Of a stretch of 64,000 nt of DNA, positions 53,797 to 62,635 are shown piece by piece. Under the pieces are notes generated by a model. The model was given only the letters and a program-made list of their open reading frames with translations. It had not been told where the DNA came from and did no database searches. A program made the translations under genes and the position numbers. How positions within the stretch are numbered: the stretch's first letter is position 1; every line of letters starts with the position of its first letter. The DNA is from Clostridiaceae bacterium (GTDB lineage Bacteria; Bacillota; Clostridia; DSM-8532), in assembly GCA_012518025.1 (NCBI GenBank), contig JAAYTP010000008.1:9303-73302 (forward strand). Direction: 5' to 3'.

Positions 53797-55587
53797 ATGA
53801 TTTACAGATCGCATGTACTTATATGCGCCGGTACCGGTTGTACCGCTTCAAAATCTACTGATATAGAAGAAGCCCTGCATAAGCTTCTTGTTGAACATGG
53901 TATTGATAAAGAGGTCAAAATCGTAAAGACAGGATGCTTTGGACTTTGTGAAAAGGGTCCCATCATGGTTATCTATCCTGAAGGGGCTACATATTCAAGG
54001 GTATCTGTTAAGGATGTACCTGAAATTGTTGAGGAACACCTCGTCAAGGGTCGTATTGTTAAACATCTTCTTCTTGGGGACAAGGATGCTGAAGATGTGG
54101 CAAAATCCCTTGAGAATGTGGGGTTCTTCAGCAAGCAGAAGAGGATTGCCCTCAGAAACTGCGGCGTCATTAACCCCGAGAATATTGATGAATATATCGC
54201 CCATGACGGATACAGGGCGTTGGCCAAGGTTCTCACTGAGATGGAACCTAATGAGGTTATAGACCTCCTTAAAAAATCCGGTCTTCGCGGACGCGGTGGT
54301 GCCGGATTCCCCGCAGGACTGAAGTGGCAGTTTGCTGCTCAGGCTGAAGGTGATCAGAAATATGTTTGCTGCAACGCTGACGAGGGTGACCCCGGAGCGT
54401 TCATGGACAGGTCAGTGCTGGAGGGTGACCCCCATTCAGTGCTGGAGGCTATGACCATAGCCGGATACGCCATTGGTGCCGACCAAGGCTACATCTATGT
54501 CCGTGCTGAATACCCCATCGCTGTTGAAAGGCTAAATATAGCAATCAGACAAGCAAGGGAATATGGCCTTCTGGGCGATAATATTTTTGGAACAGATTTC
54601 TCATTTAATATAGATCTCCGCCTTGGAGCCGGTGCTTTCGTTTGCGGAGAGGAAACCGCTCTCATGACCTCCATTGAGGGACACAGGGGCGAACCCAGAA
54701 CAAGACCTCCTTTCCCGGCTGTGAAAGGCCTGTTCGGCAAGCCGACCCTTCTCAACAACGTTGAGACCTATGCTAATATTCCGGTCATAATCAATAAAGG
54801 ATATGAATGGTTCAACACCATCGGGACTGAAAAGAGCAAGGGAACAAAGGTGTTTGCTGTGGGAGGCAAGATCAATAACACAGGTCTGGTTGAGATCCCC
54901 ATGGGGACAACCCTCCGCGAGGTTATTTATGAAATAGGCGGCGGTATACCCAATGGCAAGAAGTTCAAGGCTGCCCAGACCGGTGGCCCTTCCGGCGGCT
55001 GCATACCTGCAAGCCATATTGATACGCCCATAGATTATGATTCTCTCAACGAACTGGGTTCCATGATGGGTTCCGGCGGTCTCATCGTCATGGACGAGGA
55101 CAACTGTATGGTGGATATCGCCAAGTTCTTCCTGGAGTTCACCGTGGACGAGTCCTGCGGAAAGTGTCCGCCTTGCCGGATAGGAACCAAGAGGATGTAT
55201 GAGATCCTTGATAAGATTACCCAGGGTAAGGGTGAGGAATCGGATATAGAGAAGCTGGAGATTCTGGCCGATAATATCAAGAAATCTGCACTGTGCGGAC
55301 TGGGTCAGACTGCACCCAATCCCGTCCTCAGCACACTGCGGTACTTCCGGGATGAGTATCTGGCTCATGTCAGGGATAAGAAATGCCCGGCAGGTGTGTG
55401 TAAGGCACTGTTGCAGTATGTGGTTATTGCTGAGAAGTGTAAGGGCTGTACCCTGTGCGCAAAGAAATGCCCTGTGGGCGCCATAAGCGGCGAGGTAAGA
55501 AAGCCCCATTCCATCGATGTATCCAAATGTATCAAGTGCGGCGTTTGTATGGAAGCATGCAAATTCGACGCCATCATTACCCAATAA
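53797..55587 (+). CDS. hydB: [FeFe] hydrogenase NAD(H)-binding flavoprotein subunit HydB (NuoF-like)
   Basis: Motifs: GRGGAGFP FMN/NADH site, the ESCGKCPPCR 4Fe-4S site, an N-terminal 2Fe-2S domain and two C-terminal ferredoxin motifs CKGCTLCAKKCP and CIKCGVCMEAC. Confidence 0.9.
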   Translation: MIYRSHVLICAGTGCTASKSTDIEEALHKLLVEHGIDKEVKIVKTGCFGLCEKGPIMVIYPEGATYSRVSVKDVPEIVEEHLVKGRIVKHLLLGDKDAEDVAKSLENVGFFSKQKRIALRNCGVINPENIDEYIAHDGYRALAKVLTEMEPNEVIDLLKKSGLRGRGGAGFPAGLKWQFAAQAEGDQKYVCCNADEGDPGAFMDRSVLEGDPHSVLEAMTIAGYAIGADQGYIYVRAEYPIAVERLNIAIRQAREYGLLGDNIFGTDFSFNIDLRLGAGAFVCGEETALMTSIEGHRGEPRTRPPFPAVKGLFGKPTLLNNVETYANIPVIINKGYEWFNTIGTEKSKGTKVFAVGGKINNTGLVEIPMGTTLREVIYEIGGGIPNGKKFKAAQTGGPSGGCIPASHIDTPIDYDSLNELGSMMGSGGLIVMDEDNCMVDIAKFFLEFTVDESCGKCPPCRIGTKRMYEILDKITQGKGEESDIEKLEILADNIKKSALCGLGQTAPNPVLSTLRYFRDEYLAHVRDKKCPAGVCKALLQYVVIAEKCKGCTLCAKKCPVGAISGEVRKPHSIDVSKCIKCGVCMEACKFDAIITQ

Positions 55588-55606
55588 GGAAAGGAGAGTG
55601 CAGTAA

Positions 55607-57355
55607 ATGTCAGATTTTGTTACTTTGACCATAGACGGTAAAGAAGTCAAAGCCCCGGTTGGATCTACGGTCCTGGAGGCGGCAAAAATCGCGGGCATAC
55701 ATATCCCGACACTTTGCTACCTTAAAGGGATTAATGAGATCGGCGCATGCCGCATGTGTGTAGTAGATGTTGGGGCAAGGAGCCTGCAGGCATCCTGTAT
55801 GTATCCTGTTGCTGAAGGACTGAAGGTTGTTACAAACAGTCCTGAGATCAGAGAGTCCAGAAAGGTTACATTGGAGCTGATTCTTTCCAGCCATGAAAAA
55901 AAATGCCTTTCCTGCGTAAGAAGCATAAACTGCGAACTGCAGAAGCTTGCCCGCGATCTCAACATTCAGGACATTCGCTTTGAGGGCGAGGAGCAGAACT
56001 ACCCCATAGACGATCTGTCGCCATCCATCGTGCGGGATCCCAACAAATGTATTCTGTGCCGCCGCTGCGTCGCTGTTTGTAAGGATGTTCAGACCGTATC
56101 GGCTATTGAGACCATGGACAGGGGTTATAACACCATTGTGGCATCACCATTCCATATGCCACTGAAGGATACCCCCTGCGTCAATTGCGGACAGTGTATT
56201 ACCGCTTGTCCTGTAGGTGCTCTTCGTGAAAAGAGCTCAACTGAAAAGGTTTGGGATGCTATTGCAAATAAGGATCTGCATGTGGTTGTTCAGACTGCGC
56301 CCGCTGTCAGAGCCGCTCTGGGAGAGGAATTCGGCCTTCCTATCGGAACACCGGTTACCGGCAAGATGGTGAGCTCGCTGAAGAAGCTTGGATTTGACAA
56401 GGTTTTTGATACCGATACAGCAGCCGACCTGACCATTCTGGAAGAGGGTACCGAGTTGGTAAGCAGGATCAAGAATAATGGCAAGCTTCCTCTCATTACC
56501 TCATGCAGCCCTGGCTGGATCAAGTTCTGCGAACACTTTTTCCCGGATATGCTGGACAATCTGTCCACCTGTAAATCACCTCATCAGATGTTTGGTGCCA
56601 TGTTGAAGTCCTATTATGCCGAGAAGGCCGGGATTGATCCTGCAAAGATGTTTGTGGTATCCATTATGCCTTGTACGGCTAAGAAGTTCGAGGTTCAAAG
56701 GCCTGAAATGGCGGCAGTTGGTTACCCGGATGTTGACGAGGTGCTGACCACCCGTGAATTGGCTGAGATGATCAAGGAAGCCGGTATCGACTTTGTAAAT
56801 CTTGAGGATGAATCCTTTGACCATCCAATGGGCGAAGCCACCGGTGCAGGCGTGATCTTTGGTGCTACCGGCGGTGTTATGGAAGCAGCCTTAAGGAGCG
56901 TTCCATATCTTCTGACCGGCAAGGATCCCGAGCAGGTTGAGGTGAACTCTGTACGCGGTGAAGATGGAATCAAAACCGCAGAGGTGGAGATTGCAGGTAT
57001 TAAGATCAGAGCAGCTGTTGCTCATGGTCTTGGAAACGCAAGAAAGCTGATGGAGAAGGTACGCAGTGGTGAGGAGACCTATCACTTCATAGAGATCATG
57101 GCATGCCCCGGCGGTTGTGTCACAGGCGGCGGCCAGCCCATCCAGCCGGCTTCTGTCAGGAACGACATCGATCTCTGTGCTGAGAGAGCCAAGGCCATAT
57201 ACCAGGAGGATGAGGCCAGCACCTTCAGATTCTCGCACCACAATCCCACAGTAAAGAAATTCTATGAGGAATATCTGGGTGAACCCGGAGGACATAAGTC
57301 TCACGATCTCTTGCATACCCATTACATTGCCCGTGAGAATTATCCGGAGAACTAA
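55607..57355 (+). CDS. hydA: [FeFe] hydrogenase catalytic subunit HydA
   Basis: H-cluster motifs TSCSPGW, MPCTAKKFE and EIMACPGGCVTGGGQP. An N-terminal 2Fe-2S domain and 4Fe-4S accessory domains are present. Confidence 0.92.
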   Translation: MSDFVTLTIDGKEVKAPVGSTVLEAAKIAGIHIPTLCYLKGINEIGACRMCVVDVGARSLQASCMYPVAEGLKVVTNSPEIRESRKVTLELILSSHEKKCLSCVRSINCELQKLARDLNIQDIRFEGEEQNYPIDDLSPSIVRDPNKCILCRRCVAVCKDVQTVSAIETMDRGYNTIVASPFHMPLKDTPCVNCGQCITACPVGALREKSSTEKVWDAIANKDLHVVVQTAPAVRAALGEEFGLPIGTPVTGKMVSSLKKLGFDKVFDTDTAADLTILEEGTELVSRIKNNGKLPLITSCSPGWIKFCEHFFPDMLDNLSTCKSPHQMFGAMLKSYYAEKAGIDPAKMFVVSIMPCTAKKFEVQRPEMAAVGYPDVDEVLTTRELAEMIKEAGIDFVNLEDESFDHPMGEATGAGVIFGATGGVMEAALRSVPYLLTGKDPEQVEVNSVRGEDGIKTAEVEIAGIKIRAAVAHGLGNARKLMEKVRSGEETYHFIEIMACPGGCVTGGGQPIQPASVRNDIDLCAERAKAIYQEDEASTFRFSHHNPTVKKFYEEYLGEPGGHKSHDLLHTHYIARENYPEN

Positions 57356-57377
57356 AACCCACAAATCCGATTTACTG

Positions 57378-57426
57378 AAAGGAGCTGTTATGGTGGCCAC
57401 TGGTCATAGGACAGCTCCTTTTTTTG
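57378..57426 (+). terminator. intrinsic terminator of the hyd operon
   Basis: AAAGGAGCTGT pairs with ACAGCTCCTTT and is followed by TTTTTG. Confidence 0.7.
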
Positions 57427-57545
57427 TATAGGTGGATATGGTACGGGACTTTAATGCTTAATTTGAGCGCTGCATCTTTACCCAGGCAAATTCTGAAGGG
57501 ATCATGGCATATATTTGTATCAGCAGACCAACCTTCAGGGGGTTG

Positions 57546-58058
57546 ATGGCTATCAAAAAAATAGTTTTAAATGACGAGAGGAAGGATAGCTGGACTCTAT
57601 TAATCAGTGTATCCATCAGCTTGGGTATGGGTTTAATCAGCGCATTGTTATCTTCCGGGATGAGGGTCACCTATGAGATGATGCACAAGCCTGCTATTGC
57701 ACCGCCAGGATGGGTTTTTGGGCCTGTATGGACCTTTCTTTATATCCTGATGGGTATTGCCGCATACAAGGTATTCAGGACAGGCTGGGACAGGGAGGAG
57801 GTCAGGGACGCACTTTTTTACTATGTATCCCAACTGGTGTTCAATTTTATGTGGTCCATTCTGTTCTTCAGATTTGGGCTAAAAGGGGTCGCACTTCTTG
57901 ATTTGATTATACTGGCGGTACTTGTTGTCATAACAACCATGAAGCTTTCAGGTATTGATGCTGTAGCATGCTGGCTCATGATCCCCTATATGCTTTGGGT
58001 GATCTATGCCGGAGTACTGAACTATGCATTGGTTTTGACCAACCAGATCAGTCCTTGA
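57546..58058 (+). CDS. tspO: TspO/MBR family tryptophan-rich sensory protein
   Basis: Five helices with PPGWVFGPVWTFLYILMG and FNFMWSILFF. I set the start at ATG 57546 (MAIKK). The track ORF starts at 57504. Confidence 0.75.
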   Translation: MAIKKIVLNDERKDSWTLLISVSISLGMGLISALLSSGMRVTYEMMHKPAIAPPGWVFGPVWTFLYILMGIAAYKVFRTGWDREEVRDALFYYVSQLVFNFMWSILFFRFGLKGVALLDLIILAVLVVITTMKLSGIDAVACWLMIPYMLWVIYAGVLNYALVLTNQISP

Positions 58059-58232
58059 AAGCCTGTCAGGAAAAAGGATTGTCCCCATTGATGGTTTTTC
58101 AGGCAAAAGTGAGATCTGACTTCTACAATCATGTCCATTGCTTAATTGAAATCTATCAGGTAAACTGTTATTCAAAGTTATTTGTCAGTTATCTGGAAGA
58201 ACAGGGCATGGATTTAATGCGGAGGTGTATGG

Positions 58233-59144
58233 ATGGATCTTATCTTGATCCTGAATCAGGTTCTCATTCTTTTCATCATAATGCTGATAGGATATGTAGC
58301 CGGAAAGGCAGGAGTTATTGACCCGACCGCAAGCAAAAAGCTTTCCGGGGTCATGCTCTATGTCACCTCTCCCATGCTTGTTTTAAAGTCTTTTTTTATT
58401 ACCTTTACCACTGAGAGGCTTATCAATGTCTTCTGGATGATGGGAATGGCCCTTTTTATGTACCTCCTGTCCATATGGCTTTCCAGGCTGATCTATGGTA
58501 GATTCTCAGAGGAAGCAGCCCCTATATTGAGGTTTTCCGCTGTTTTTTCCAACTGTGGATATATGGGATTGCCCATCATGTACGCTCTCTATGGCGATGA
58601 TGGTGTTTTTTACGGCTCTTTCTATATTGTCGCCTTCAACATCATTTTGTGGACCTATGGTTATGTCATGTTTGGAGGTCGGGGGACTAAACGAGAGATC
58701 GTCGCTAAGGTTTTTGCCAACCCCTGTATCGTTGCGGTTTATGTGGGGATGATTATCTTTATCTTCCACATTCCTATACCGGAGCCCGTTGAAAGCGCCG
58801 TAACTATTGTGGGAGATATGACCATGCCCATCTCCATGCTGATTATCGGAGCGGTGATCAGTTCTGCAAAGCTGAAGGATATCTTCTCAGACTGGAGGGT
58901 ATATCTTTCTTCCTTCGTCAGACTGATACTGATGCCGCTGATAGCCCTTGCCCTTACCAGGATCCCAGGGATACCCCCTACGCCGGCAGCGGTGCTGATA
59001 ACAGCCCTGGCCATGCCCGTAGGTGCCAATACCACTGTTTTTGCCGAGATGTTTGACAAGGATGCAGTATTTGCTTCAAAATGCGTTTCTGTATCCACTC
59101 TTCTTTCAATAATAACCATACCGGCTATTGTAAGCCTGATATAG
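58233..59144 (+). CDS. AEC (auxin efflux carrier) family permease
   Basis: 303-aa, 10-helix protein. The N-terminus ILNQVLILFIIMLIGY and the internal duplication are typical of the family. Confidence 0.8.
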   Translation: MDLILILNQVLILFIIMLIGYVAGKAGVIDPTASKKLSGVMLYVTSPMLVLKSFFITFTTERLINVFWMMGMALFMYLLSIWLSRLIYGRFSEEAAPILRFSAVFSNCGYMGLPIMYALYGDDGVFYGSFYIVAFNIILWTYGYVMFGGRGTKREIVAKVFANPCIVAVYVGMIIFIFHIPIPEPVESAVTIVGDMTMPISMLIIGAVISSAKLKDIFSDWRVYLSSFVRLILMPLIALALTRIPGIPPTPAAVLITALAMPVGANTTVFAEMFDKDAVFASKCVSVSTLLSIITIPAIVSLI

Positions 59145-59161
59145 AAGGAGGTAAATATAAA

Positions 59162-60031
59162 ATGAGATTGTCCCGACTGTTCCGAAATAAGAAGCAGGTT
59201 TTGTCCTTTGAGATTTTTCCGCCCAAGCCCGAGGTTCCGCTGGAGAACCTTTTTGATTCTATCCCGGGCTTTAAGGCATTGTCACCTGATTATATCAGCG
59301 TGACATACGGGGCTGGGGGAAGCTCCAGGGGAAGAACGGTTGAAATCGCATCCCGGCTGAAAAACACCTACGGGATCGAAGCCATGGCACACCTTACCTG
59401 TGTAGGGCATTCCGTGGAACAGATAGATCAGGTTTTGGAAAGCCTGAAGCAAGAGAATATTAAGAATGTTTTGGCTCTCAGAGGGGATCCGCCTATTGAT
59501 CAGCCCGATTTTGATTTCAGTAAGGGCGCTTTCCGGTATGCCAATGAATTGATAGCCCATATCCGGAAGGCAAAGGAGGGGGATTTTTGCATCGCAGCAG
59601 CCGCCTATCTTGAGGGGCATGTGGACAGCAAAAGGCTGGATGAGGACAGAAGAAGGCTGAAGGATAAGGTGGACGCAGGTGTGGACCTTCTGGTAACCCA
59701 ACTATTCTTTGATAACAGGCTGTACTTCGACTTCTTGGACCGGGCAGCCCAGATAGGCATCAACTGTCCCATTGTGCCGGGAGTCATGCCCATATTCAAT
59801 GCAAGGATTAAAACAATGACCGCCAGAAGCGGCTGCTCCATTCCTGCTAAGCTGGTGCTCATGATTGACAAATATCAGGACAACCCGGAGGATTTGCGCA
59901 AGGCCGGTATAGAATATGCCGGAAAACAGATCCGGGAGCTTTTGGATGGCGGTGCTCCAGGTGTACACCTATATACCATGAACAGACTGAAATCCACCAC
60001 CGAGATTTTAGAGGTAGCAGGACTGCGTTAA
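59162..60031 (+). CDS. metF: methylenetetrahydrofolate reductase
   Basis: FEIFPPK, ISVTYGAGGS, AHLTC and LRGDPP motifs. The start ATG 59162 follows GAAGGAGG. Confidence 0.88.
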   Translation: MRLSRLFRNKKQVLSFEIFPPKPEVPLENLFDSIPGFKALSPDYISVTYGAGGSSRGRTVEIASRLKNTYGIEAMAHLTCVGHSVEQIDQVLESLKQENIKNVLALRGDPPIDQPDFDFSKGAFRYANELIAHIRKAKEGDFCIAAAAYLEGHVDSKRLDEDRRRLKDKVDAGVDLLVTQLFFDNRLYFDFLDRAAQIGINCPIVPGVMPIFNARIKTMTARSGCSIPAKLVLMIDKYQDNPEDLRKAGIEYAGKQIRELLDGGAPGVHLYTMNRLKSTTEILEVAGLR

Positions 60032-60091
60032 GCCTGCAGGATGTTTCGGCGCCTTATCGCAATGCGTCCTTGTTTTACGTGATCCCTTATT

Positions 60092-60225
60092 GTCATTGCG
60101 AACGGAGCGTCAGCGGAGTGCGGCAATCTCAGACCTCAAAGCCCTTCCTTCACTCTCACTTCCCGCCTCCCACATCCAACCTCTAAAAAGGGAGATTGCT
60201 TCGTCGCTTCGCTCCTCGCAATGAC
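60092..60225 (+). repeat. dispersed intergenic repeat, copy B (complete: ~35-nt inverted arms flanking the core)
   Basis: The left arm GTCATTGCGAACGGAGCG..GCAATCTC (60092-60130) is the imperfect reverse complement of the right arm GAGATTGCTTCGTCGCTTCGCTCCTCGCAATGAC (60192-60225). The core plus right arm match 23107..23200. Confidence 0.7.
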
Positions 60226-60285
60226 AAAAGAGGAGCCTTCTCGCAATGGCAGATCCGAAATGTCATTGCAATAGAAGTCCGGACC

Positions 60286-61056
60286 CTATGACTGTATCAG
60301 TGACGCCTTTTTTAAGGCCGGTGCCATAAGGCCTGCCATCAGAACACCTCCGAAGAACTGGAGCAGATTCGGTGGAATGCTAAAGGTGGCCGGTATGGGG
60401 CCATACATGAAGGATTCCACGATGAAATAGCCCATGACCATGCACATACCGGCAGCGGTCATACCTATTATTGCTTTCATGCTGAAAATGTCGGGGCCGC
60501 TTTTTCTGGATATGAGCCAGGCAGTTACTGACAGAACCAGTATGGTTGATGCGATACCTAAAACCAGGTACAGGGTCAGATTGTTTAATTTATTCTCCAT
60601 GCTTGCAAGAGTTTCGGTATCCACACCTGGATCCAGCACACTCTCAAGAATCCTTCCTTTTCCATGTGCACGGATACTGGATTGAAGATTTATGATTGCT
60701 CCGGAACAGAACCCCGCCCAAACCATGATGGACGTCAATACAGACACAAATGTTCCTTTTCTGCTGCGGCTTTTCAAGATGAGTCCCATGCAAAATGCCA
60801 TCAGAGACTTGATGATCAGGGTTGGGACGGCATACTGGGCATATCCTCCCAAAAGGTCTGCCAGCATGGAGCCTATTCCCGAAGCAAAGGCTCCATAAAC
60901 CGGACCCAGAATCATGACAGAGAGATAGATCATGCTGTCACCCAGATGAATGTAACCGGAGGTATAGGGAACCGGTATCTTGATAAAGAAGGTCAGGCAA
61001 AGTACCAATGCAGTCATGAGCCCGGTAAGAACATATTTTCGAGTATTGTTCACCAT
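60286..61056 (-). CDS. ECF-type S component (unknown substrate), orphan of its own ATPases
   Basis: GYIHLGDSMIYLSVMILGPVYGAFASGIGSMLADLLGGYAQYA is typical of ECF S components. The start ATG 61056 follows GGAGG. Confidence 0.6.
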   Translation of the reverse strand: MVNNTRKYVLTGLMTALVLCLTFFIKIPVPYTSGYIHLGDSMIYLSVMILGPVYGAFASGIGSMLADLLGGYAQYAVPTLIIKSLMAFCMGLILKSRSRKGTFVSVLTSIMVWAGFCSGAIINLQSSIRAHGKGRILESVLDPGVDTETLASMENKLNNLTLYLVLGIASTILVLSVTAWLISRKSGPDIFSMKAIIGMTAAGMCMVMGYFIVESFMYGPIPATFSIPPNLLQFFGGVLMAGLMAPALKKASLIQS

Positions 61057-61314
61057 TATTTCACTGTACCTCCATTTTCCTTTTGGGTAGTATAGCACTT
61101 ATTCTGCTTAAGATAAAGATAAAACTCTTTGTTTCATACCATGTTAATAGCTGTTGATAATAAAAGCTATAAAAAATATGTATGAAGAAAGGATGATTTT
61201 AAGCGGGATTATTGACAGTTTGGATACTTGTTTGGAGTATGGAGGGGGCATTATAATTTTATAAGGGGCATTGTCGCCTTTTAGTATGCGGATTGCAAAT
61301 TTACTAACAAATAA

Positions 61315-61902
61315 ATGCTTCTACTATTCTCGGAAGGTTGTGATTTTTTGCTGGTAGACTATATCAGGGAGTACGTCAAGGGGGAATGCAGCAACACTGC
61401 TATAGGCAGGGAGTTTTATGAGAACCACCTCATCCTTGTAGCCCATTATGGCATAAAGCTGGCGGTGGAAACAGGAGCGGACCCAGAGATTGTGGAACTG
61501 GCCGCCTACCTTCACGATTTTTCTTTTGTGATTGATGAGATGAATATGGAACAGCATGAAACCAAGGGGGTAGCCATTGCAGAGAAGCTGCTCAAGCAAT
61601 TCAATTATCCCAAGGACAAGCTGGAAAGAGTCAAACATTGCATTCTGAACCATTCTTCCCTTGCCAGGGCATGTGGGGCTTCCCCTGAAGAGGCTTGCCT
61701 GGCTAATGCCGATATAATGTCCCTGATTGCAAAACCAGATTACTGGGTAAAAATATCTTCATTGACCAATCAGGGAGAAGAGAATTCAAACTGGTTTTAT
61801 GAACAGATTGCAAAAAGCTGGCCCTTAATGATGGCTCCTGCCAGGGCTATAATGGAAGACAAATTCAACGAATTGAAGAAGGCAGCTCCCATCATGGCTT
61901 AA
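61315..61902 (+). CDS. HD-domain phosphohydrolase
   Basis: An H...HD pattern (VAHYGIKLA...AAYLHDFSF) and a later NHS motif. The start codon is uncertain. Confidence 0.6.
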   Translation: MLLLFSEGCDFLLVDYIREYVKGECSNTAIGREFYENHLILVAHYGIKLAVETGADPEIVELAAYLHDFSFVIDEMNMEQHETKGVAIAEKLLKQFNYPKDKLERVKHCILNHSSLARACGASPEEACLANADIMSLIAKPDYWVKISSLTNQGEENSNWFYEQIAKSWPLMMAPARAIMEDKFNELKKAAPIMA

Positions 61903-61954
61903 CCGGACAGGCGCCATATGATGTAGGGCGGCATTAGGGATAAATGGTGCTTAT

Positions 61955-62461
61955 ATGGATAATATCGTTTTGGTGGGGATGCCTGGAGCAGGCAAAAGCA
62001 CTGTGGGAGTCATACTGGCAAAGACTCTGGGTATGAACTTTGTAGATACCGATCTGGAAATCCAAAGGTCCCATGGTAGACTTCTGCAGGATATGATTGA
62101 TGAATTCGGAATAGCGGGTTTTTTGAAGGCTGAGGAACAGGCAATTCTTAAGGGGTCGTATAACCATACCGTTATCGCAACGGGTGGGAGTGTAGTATAC
62201 AGCAGCAAGGCCATGGCTCATCTGAAAAAAGGTGCTGTTGTCATCTATCTGAAGGTAGATATTGGAACTCTACAAAAAAGAATAAACAATATTGCCACCC
62301 GGGGTATCGCCATGAGCAGGAATCAGACACTGAATGATATTTATCTTGAAAGAACTCCGCTATACGAGCAATATGCCGATATTATCATTGATTGCAGCGA
62401 TAAGGATGTGGAGGGCGCGGTTGAATCCATTCTTGGAAGCTTGAACCCATCCAATCCATGA
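61955..62461 (+). CDS. aroK: shikimate kinase
   Basis: 168 aa. Walker A GMPGAGKSTVG, then FVDTD and the GGS(V)V lid motif. Confidence 0.88.
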   Translation: MDNIVLVGMPGAGKSTVGVILAKTLGMNFVDTDLEIQRSHGRLLQDMIDEFGIAGFLKAEEQAILKGSYNHTVIATGGSVVYSSKAMAHLKKGAVVIYLKVDIGTLQKRINNIATRGIAMSRNQTLNDIYLERTPLYEQYADIIIDCSDKDVEGAVESILGSLNPSNP

Positions 62462-62635
62462 ATCAGGTTATTTAATAATGAAGCGGGATTGGGCTTCCCT
62501 TCAGGAAGCAGCTTTGATACAATCCAAATAGTATATTTCAGGCATCCTCAAGGGCATATATGCTTTTAACAGGATGTCTTACAATAAGCCCATGGTGTAT
62601 GAACCGATACAAATGGCTGAAATGGAGTGATTTTC

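Noticed and set aside
54601-55698. 365-aa ORF antisense to hydB and the hydA start
   Set aside because: The opposite strand encodes NuoF-like and HydA proteins with all cofactor motifs. The antisense product has no recognisable features.
58059-59161. Possible SAM (S-box) riboswitch ahead of the AEC permease / metF pair
   Set aside because: Neither the 58059-58232 region nor the 17-nt gap before metF has the conserved S-box core or a terminator.
62462-62635. Possible T-box leader upstream of asnS
   Set aside because: The region is too short (about 170 nt). It has no T-box motif (..TGGTACCRCG..) and no terminator.
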